A stretch of DNA of 64,000 nucleotides. Origin: Candidatus Limnocylindrales bacterium. Its GTDB lineage: Bacteria > Chloroflexota > Limnocylindria > Limnocylindrales > CSP1-4. Below, piece after piece: positions 58,107-64,000 of the stretch. Numbering within the stretch: position 1 is the stretch's first letter; every line of letters begins with the position of its first letter. Under the pieces are notes generated by a model. It saw only the letters and a list, made by a program, of their open reading frames with translations, was not told the DNA's origin and made no database searches. A program made the translations under genes and the position numbers. The stretch spans positions 620 to 64,619 of the forward strand of contig DATCPH010000166.1 in NCBI GenBank assembly GCA_036570185.1, written 5' to 3'.

Positions 58107-59122
58107 CGGGCGAGGAACGCTTCGAGCTCCGACTCGATCGGCAACCCCGGCCGCGCTCCCGCACGGGTCACGGACAGCGTCGCCGCCGCGACAGCCCGCC
58201 GCGCCGCCTCCACGAGATCGAGCCCAGTCGCGAGGCCGGCTGCGAGTGCGCCGTTGAGTGCGTCGCCGGCGCCGACCGTATCGACCGGGCTTACGCCCTG
58301 GGCCGGAAGCTCGATCGCGTCGCCGCCGCGTCGAACGAGGAGAGCGCCGGCGGCACCGAGCGTCACGAGGATCGCGTCACCGACGCCTGGGCCGCGGCGG
58401 TTCCGGGCGAGCAACGAGCGAGCCGCGACCTCGATGTCGTCGACGGATGGGGCCGAGTCATTCGAGCGCGTCCGCCCCGTCGGCGTGTCCTCGTCGGCCG
58501 ACCAGCCACCGTCGGCGTACCGGTTGCTCTCCCTGCCGGCGAGCTGGCGAAGCTCGCCCCGATTCGGTGTCAGGACGTCGGCAATCGCAAACGTCGATCT
58601 GTCGAGCCCGGCCACGGGGGCCGGGTTCAGGATCGTTCGCGCATCGGCAGCTCTTCCGAACCGCAGTGCGGCTCGTGCCGTTTCGGTGGGGATCTCGTGC
58701 CCAACGAGGATCACGTCCCCAGGCCCCGGCGCAAGCTGGTCGAGGGCGGCGCGGACCGACGCTGGGTCAAGCGCGGCATTGGCGCCCGCCGCGACGGCGA
58801 TCAGGTTCTCGCCGGCGGCATCCACGATGATCGTGGCAAGGCCGGTCGCGATGCCCGGCACGGTGACCAGACCGTCGAGATGGACGTCATCGGCCTCGAG
58901 CTGGGCCCGCGCCTCACTTCCAAAAGCGTCGTCGCCGACAGCGCCGACGAACCACGTCGGAACGCCGAGACGGGCTGCCGCGACGGCCTGGTTGCCGCCC
59001 TTCCCACCGGCGAACTGGGCAAATGTTCCGCCCAACACCGTTTCCCCGGGAGCAGGCAGATGCTCGGCCTGGACAACGGCATCCACGTTGACCGAGCCGA
59101 CGACGATGACCCGTCCGCTCAT
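58103..59122 (-). CDS. Ribokinase / PfkB-family sugar kinase
   Basis: The GG motif (FAGGKGGNQA) and the DTVGAGD anion-hole motif are present. Confidence 0.85.
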   Translation of the reverse strand: MSGRVIVVGSVNVDAVVQAEHLPAPGETVLGGTFAQFAGGKGGNQAVAAARLGVPTWFVGAVGDDAFGSEARAQLEADDVHLDGLVTVPGIATGLATIIVDAAGENLIAVAAGANAALDPASVRAALDQLAPGPGDVILVGHEIPTETARAALRFGRAADARTILNPAPVAGLDRSTFAIADVLTPNRGELRQLAGRESNRYADGGWSADEDTPTGRTRSNDSAPSVDDIEVAARSLLARNRRGPGVGDAILVTLGAAGALLVRRGGDAIELPAQGVSPVDTVGAGDALNGALAAGLATGLDLVEAARRAVAAATLSVTRAGARPGLPIESELEAFLAR

Positions 59123-59176
59123 CGGTCTCGGACCTCGCTCACCGGCGGGACCGCGGGCTCGTCGGCACCTTCGTGA

Positions 59177-59998
59177 TCAGGAGCCCGTGACGAATTCGCC
59201 ACCGTCGACCGAGATGATGTCGCCGTTGATGAACCCGGTTCCGTCGCCCGAGAGGGCGACGATGGCGTTGGCCACGTCCTGGGGCGTGGTCATTCGCCCC
59301 GTCGGGTTCCGCCGCGTGGCCGACTCGATGATCATGTCGTGCTCGGGGATCTTCATGAGGGCCGGGGTCATCGTGACACCGGCCCTGATGCAGTTGACGG
59401 TGATCCCAGTGCCGCGACGCGCGAGCTCCATGGCCAGCTGGCGGACGTGCGATTCGAGGGCGGCCTTGGCCGACGACACGACACCGTAGGAGGGCACGAC
59501 GCGCGTCGACCCCTCCGAGGTCATCGCGTAGATCTTCGATCCGTTCTCGAGGAGTCCCCGCCGGACGAGCTCCTGCACCCAGTAGACGAGGCTGTTGGCC
59601 ATGACGTCCTGGGTCATCTCCATCTTCTTGCGATCGACCGCCGCTTTCGGATCGTCGGCGATGTAGGGCACCAGCGAGCCGAAGGCGAGCGAATGCATCA
59701 CGACCCGAACGTAGGGGTGCCGGCCGGCCGCGCGCGACTCGGCGAACCGCGCCTCGACGGCGTCGAGCGCGCCACCACGCTTCTCGTCGTCGGCGGCATT
59801 CATGTTGATGTAGAGCGCTTCGCTGCCGGCCGCGGCGATCTTCGACTTGACCTCGTCGACATGGCCGAGCGCGGCCCGAAAGTCGAGGTGGATCCCGCAG
59901 ATGCTGTAACCCGCCGCGGCAAGAGCGAGGGCCGTGGCCTCACCCATGCCGGAAGAGGCGCCCAGGATCAGCGCCCAGGGCTCGCGGTCATCGGTCAT
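59177..59998 (-). CDS. FabI/FabL-like enoyl reductase of the SDR family
   Basis: The glycine-rich NAD(P) motif (GASSGMGEA) and a Y-x6-K catalytic dyad (YGVVSSAK) are present. Confidence 0.7.
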   Translation of the reverse strand: MTDDREPWALILGASSGMGEATALALAAAGYSICGIHLDFRAALGHVDEVKSKIAAAGSEALYINMNAADDEKRGGALDAVEARFAESRAAGRHPYVRVVMHSLAFGSLVPYIADDPKAAVDRKKMEMTQDVMANSLVYWVQELVRRGLLENGSKIYAMTSEGSTRVVPSYGVVSSAKAALESHVRQLAMELARRGTGITVNCIRAGVTMTPALMKIPEHDMIIESATRRNPTGRMTTPQDVANAIVALSGDGTGFINGDIISVDGGEFVTGS

Positions 59999-60121
59999 CG
60001 GGAGCCTCCAGCTCGGTCGGGGTTCGGTGACCGAGTCTACCCTGACGACCGATCGACGGGCCTCGGTTCTGTGCCGAACTGCACATGACGGGCGCGCACG
60101 TTGTGCCCGTACGATCCGCGT

Positions 60122-60322
60122 GTGAACGTCAGCCAGATCCTGCCATTGTTGATCCCACTCATCGCGATCCAGCTTCTCCTCGACGCCGTCTGCCTCGTGG
60201 ACTTGCTCCGTGACGACCGGCGGGTCAGGGGCGGAAACAAAGGCCTCTGGGCCGTCGCCATCCTGTTTCTCCAGTACGTCGGGCCGATTGCCTATCTCCT
60301 CGTCGGGCGGATCGAGGAATGA
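60122..60322 (+). CDS. Small PLDc_N-domain membrane protein
   Basis: A two-TM mini-protein with GNKGLWAVAILFLQYVGPIAYLLVGR. A GTG start was chosen. Its stop overlaps the downstream ABC ATPase ATG as ATGA. Confidence 0.5.
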   Translation: MNVSQILPLLIPLIAIQLLLDAVCLVDLLRDDRRVRGGNKGLWAVAILFLQYVGPIAYLLVGRIEE

Positions 60323-61299
60323 CGCCCGAATTAGCGTCGGGGCTTCTGGCGATCCGCACGCGCGGGCTGTCGAAGCGCTACGGCCCCGTCGTGGCCCTCG
60401 ACGGCCTCGACCTCGATGTCCCGAGCGGGACGGTGTTCGGCCTCCTCGGCCCGAACGGGGCCGGCAAGACCACGACGATTCGGCTTCTGGCCGGGCTCGC
60501 CCAACCGACGGCTGGGTCTGCCACGGTCAACGGGATCGACATCACGGCCGGCAACGGCGACGCGCTCCGGCGACGGATCGGGGTGCTCGACCAGGATCCG
60601 CGTTTCTACGGCTGGATGACCGGGCGGGAGCTGCTCGAATTCGTTGGGCGTCTGTTCGGGATCACCGGGACAGCCCTGCGCGCCCGGGTCGGCGAAACAC
60701 TTGAGCTCATCGGCCTTAGCGACGCGGCGAACCGTCGCATCGGCGGCTACTCGGGCGGCATGCGCCAACGGCTCGGCATTGGCCAGGCGCTCGTCGGTCG
60801 ACCCGCCATCCTCATACTCGATGAGCCGGTAAGCTCGCTCGACCCCGAAGGCCGTCGCGACCTGCTGGCGCTGATCGCGGAGCTCCGCTCGAACGCCACG
60901 GTCGTCTTGTCGACTCATGTCCTCGCCGACGTCGAGCGAATCTGCGACCGAGTCGCCATTCTCGATTACGGTCGGCTCGTCACCGAATCGCCCACGGCCG
61001 ACCTCCTCTCCCGCTATGCCCCGCCGGTCTACCGCCTCGAGCCCGAGCCCGGCCAGGAGTCGCCAGTCGCTCGTCTCGTGGAGCGCCTGCGCGCCGCGGC
61101 GTGGTCGCGCGGGGTCACGATCGAGGCCGATCGAATCCTGGTCTACGTGAGCGATCCGGAGCGCGCGGGCCGCGAGATCCTGGCCATCGTGACCGACTGT
61201 GATGTGCGGCTCTCAAGTTTCGAGCGGTTGCGCCCCACGCTCGAGGATGTTTTCCTGCGCCTCGTAGGGCGCGAGCGCGATCGGGCGATCGACTCGTGA
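60319..61299 (+). CDS. ABC transporter ATPase (ABC-2 / DrrA-like)
   Basis: GPNGAGKTT, YSGGMRQR and ILDEPVSSLD are present. Confidence 0.85.
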   Translation: MTPELASGLLAIRTRGLSKRYGPVVALDGLDLDVPSGTVFGLLGPNGAGKTTTIRLLAGLAQPTAGSATVNGIDITAGNGDALRRRIGVLDQDPRFYGWMTGRELLEFVGRLFGITGTALRARVGETLELIGLSDAANRRIGGYSGGMRQRLGIGQALVGRPAILILDEPVSSLDPEGRRDLLALIAELRSNATVVLSTHVLADVERICDRVAILDYGRLVTESPTADLLSRYAPPVYRLEPEPGQESPVARLVERLRAAAWSRGVTIEADRILVYVSDPERAGREILAIVTDCDVRLSSFERLRPTLEDVFLRLVGRERDRAIDS

Positions 61300-62057
61300 C
61301 CGGCTTCGGCGTCCTGCTCCGAAAGGAGCTCCTCGAGTCGTGGCGGACGCTGCGTCTGCCGGTCGTCGTCCTGCTGTTCCTGACGTTCGGCATCCTCTCG
61401 CCGCTGACCGCCCGCTACCTCCAGGACATCATCGATGCCGTCGCTCCGCAGCGGTTCGGCATCCGCCTCCCGCCTCCGACGCTGACGGACGCCGTCGATC
61501 AGCTCCTCAAGAACACCGCCCAAACCGGCGCCCTGGTTGCGATCCTGATCACGATGGGCTCGGTAGCCACCGAGAAGGAGCGCGGGACGGCCGCTTTTGT
61601 CCTGGTCAAGCCTGTGTCGCGCCTGGCATTTCTGGCCGCGAAGCTCACCGTGCTGGCAGCGTTGCTGGGTATCTCTATCGGCCTCGCGGTCGGCGCGGCG
61701 TGGATCTACACCACCATCCTGTTCGGCGCCCCGGATGTCGGAGGCTGGCTGGTCCTGGCCATGCTCGTGTGGCTCTCGACCCTGGCGTACGCGTCGCTGA
61801 CCTTCGTCGGCTCGACGGTGTTTCGCTCGTCGCTGGCTGGGGCTGCGGTCGGGTTTGCGGGTCTGATCGCAATCGCGCTCGCCTCAGCTGTCCCCGAGTT
61901 CTCGCACTACCTTCCGCCCGGCCTCACCGCGGTCGCACGAACTGCGGCTGTTGGTGGAGGGCTGATCGACATCGTCCGTCCGCTCGTCGCAACCGTGGCG
62001 ATCATCACGGTCTGCTTTGTCGTCGCATGGCGATCCTTCGAGCGCCAGGAGCTGTGA
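61296..62057 (+). CDS. ABC-2 family permease
   Basis: A six-TM hydrophobic protein. Its start overlaps the ATPase stop. Confidence 0.75.
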   Translation: MTGFGVLLRKELLESWRTLRLPVVVLLFLTFGILSPLTARYLQDIIDAVAPQRFGIRLPPPTLTDAVDQLLKNTAQTGALVAILITMGSVATEKERGTAAFVLVKPVSRLAFLAAKLTVLAALLGISIGLAVGAAWIYTTILFGAPDVGGWLVLAMLVWLSTLAYASLTFVGSTVFRSSLAGAAVGFAGLIAIALASAVPEFSHYLPPGLTAVARTAAVGGGLIDIVRPLVATVAIITVCFVVAWRSFERQEL

Positions 62058-62079
62058 GGCGCGATCGGGTGATTGCCCT

Positions 62080-63341
62080 CTACACCACGCCCGCGGCGCG
62101 CAGGTCCCCGATCTCTTCGGCCGAGTAGCCGGCTTCGATCAGGATCTCGTGGGTCTGCTCACCGAGGAGCGGAGGAGGGGTACGAATGGAGGCCGGGGTT
62201 CGCGCGAACTCAAACGGCAAGCCGACCTGGTCGACCGCCCCGAGGACCGGATGCGACATCGGAACGCGCATTCGGCGCGCGCGAGCGGCGCCCGACGCAA
62301 ACGCGTCGGTGACATCGAGGATGGGCCCGGCCGGAATACCGGCGCGATCGAGACGCTCGAGCCAGTCAGCAGTCAGTTCGGCGGCGATCGCATCGGCGAG
62401 GAGCGGTCGGAGTGCCTCGCGGTTCGCGACGCGATTGCCATTCGTCGCGAAGCGCGGGTCGTCGGCCAGCTCCGGCGCACCGATCTCCTCGCAGAGGCGC
62501 CGCCACTGGCGCTCACTGCCGACCCCGACCGCGACCTCCCCGTCCGCCGTCCGGAAGGTCTCGTAGGGGATGATGTTCGGGTGGGCGTTGCCGCGACGGA
62601 TCGGCGCCTGACCGCTGACGAAGGCGTTCTGGGCCTGGTTGATGAGCACGGCCAGGGTGGAACCGAGCAGCGAGACGTCGATGCGCTGGCCGCGCGCACC
62701 TTCCTGCCCGCGCTCGGAGTTGCGAGCGAGGAGCCCCGCCAGCACCGAAATCGCCCCGAAAAGCCCGGTGGCGATGTCGCTGATGGCGACCCCGACCTTG
62801 GTCGGGTGGCCGCCTTCATCCGAAGGAAAGCCGGTCACCGACATCAGCCCGCCGAGCGCCTGGATCACGAAGTCGTAGCCGGGCTTGGGTGCGTCAGGAC
62901 CGTCCGGGCCGTATCCGGTGATCGCGAGGTGGACCAGGCCCGGATCAACCGCTCAAGCTCGTCGTCGGGAAAGCCGAGCGCCGCGAAGCCACCGACGCGA
63001 GCGTTCTCGACCAGGACGTCCGCGCCGGCCAACAGCCGCTGGAGGACCTCCCGTCCGCCGTCGGTCTTCAGGTCCAGTCGGATCGAGCGTCGATTGCGGT
63101 TGACCGCCAGGTAGTAGGCCGCGGTCCGGGTTCCGGTGGCCGCCGACCCGACCCATGGCGGTCCCCAGCCGCGAGTCGCGTCGCCTTCAGGCGGCTCGAC
63201 CTTGATCACGTCGGCGCCCAGATCGCCGAGCACCATCGTGCAGTAGGGCCCCGCCAGGACTGTGCTGCAGTCGATGACACGCAGGCCGATCAACGGCGCG
63301 TTGGCCGCGCTGTTCGGAGCAGTCGAATCGACTGAGGGCAT
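62080..63341 (-). pseudogene. CoA-transferase family III (CaiB/BaiF) gene interrupted by a 1-nt frame change near 62930-62945
   Basis: The N-terminal 150 aa (MPSVDSTAP ... ELERLIRA) is in one frame. The rest (LVHLAITGYGPD ... QALGGLMSVTG ... to the stop) is in the -1 frame. The switch occurs at a CCGGGCC run. Confidence 0.7.
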
Positions 63342-63362
63342 CGCGGCGATGGTAGGGCTAGC

Positions 63363-64000
63363 ATGGCCGCCATGCCAGGCGACCGACATACCCTCATGAC
63401 CGTCCACGCCCACCCCGATGACGAGACCATCGGTACCGGCGGGACGATGGCCAAGGCCGTCCGCGACGGCCACCGTGTCGTGCTCGTGACGGGCACACGC
63501 GGCGAGCTCGGCGAGATTGTCGTACCCGAGATGGATACGCCCGAGAACCACCGCCGCCTCGGCGAGATCCGGGCCGCGGAGCTCGAGGCGGCCATGGGGA
63601 TCCTGGGCGTCACCGAGTGGGAGAACCTCGGCTATCGCGACTCCGACATGATGGGGCGGGTCGGCAACGTCGACGCTCGCAGCTTCTGGCAGGCCGACCT
63701 CGACGAGGCGGCGCGCCGGCTCGTCTGGTTGATCCGCAAGTACAGGCCCGACGTGGTCACGACCTACAACGACTTCGGCGGGTACGGTCATCCGGACCAC
63801 ATCCGAACCCACGACGTGGCGGTCCGCGCCTTCCCGCGGGCCGGCGATCCGGCCTGGTATCCGGAGCAGCTGGCCCCCGACCATGGCGGCAATGGGCCCT
63901 CCGAGGCCGACGGCGGCGTCGCCCCCTGGGCACCGGCCAAGCTCTACGAGACGGCCATGCCGGCGTCGGTGCGGACTGCCATGCAGGAGGCGATGGAGAA
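63363..64000 (+). CDS. PIG-L family deacetylase (mycothiol S-conjugate amidase Mca / MshB-like), 3' truncated by the window end
   Basis: The N-terminal signature HAHPDDE is present, followed by the YRDSDMMG zinc-site region. The reading frame is open to the window edge. Confidence 0.8.
   Translation, partial: MAAMPGDRHTLMTVHAHPDDETIGTGGTMAKAVRDGHRVVLVTGTRGELGEIVVPEMDTPENHRRLGEIRAAELEAAMGILGVTEWENLGYRDSDMMGRVGNVDARSFWQADLDEAARRLVWLIRKYRPDVVTTYNDFGGYGHPDHIRTHDVAVRAFPRAGDPAWYPEQLAPDHGGNGPSEADGGVAPWAPAKLYETAMPASVRTAMQEAME

Noticed and set aside
58254-60088. Plus-strand ORFs 58254-59489 and 59339-60088
   Set aside because: Antisense to the ribokinase and FabI-like genes.
62017-63114. 365-aa plus-strand ORF
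   Set aside because: Antisense to the CoA-transferase gene.

Overview
This 64 kb window is about 70% GC and gene-dense. It most likely comes from an actinobacterium: it carries a mycothiol-type PIG-L deacetylase, an MmpL transporter, a VKOR/DsbA pair and the CysO-CysM-Mec+ cysteine pathway. I could support about 60 genes.

Gene content, in order along the window:
- An ECF transporter module (S, T, A, A').
- Two convergent class III cyclase/AAA/TPR (STAND-like) proteins.
- A minus-strand sulfur block: moeZ (rhodanese-ThiF), cysO, cysM, mec+, followed by an Rrf2 regulator with sufC, sufS, sufU.
- A PotABCD/Fbp-type ABC transporter with two paralogous binding proteins and a HAD hydrolase.
- A 1,300-aa GAF/GGDEF/EAL c-di-GMP protein.
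- BI-1, a PduO-type adenosyltransferase, SufT/DUF59, a DUF433 cluster and pabC.
- A LuxR-type LAL regulator translationally coupled to a ferredoxin-cyclase fusion and a conserved hypothetical.
- A frameshifted pabB, a rhodanese, a SirB1-like protein and a small-gene islet.
- A second LAL regulator and lysine 2,3-aminomutase (kamA).
- MmpL with an AttH-like lipoprotein, VKOR-DsbA, and a zur-znuACB operon.
- A CopC-CopD fusion, ribokinase, a FabI-like reductase, a PLDc_N/ABC-2 trio, a frameshifted CoA-transferase, and a partial Mca/MshB gene.

No CRISPR array, rRNA, tRNA or recognisable mobile element was seen.

The most unusual item is the overlapping LAL regulator / ferredoxin-cyclase / DUF operon. 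The cyclase domain there lacks the canonical adenine-specifying Lys and transition-state Asn. The window is also unusually dense in cNMP and c-di-GMP signalling genes.

Two genes (pabB and a CoA-transferase) are frame-disrupted at G/C homopolymer runs, so they are either pseudogenes or sequencing errors. Two genes (ecfT and rrf2) lack a canonical start codon upstream of their conserved N-termini.
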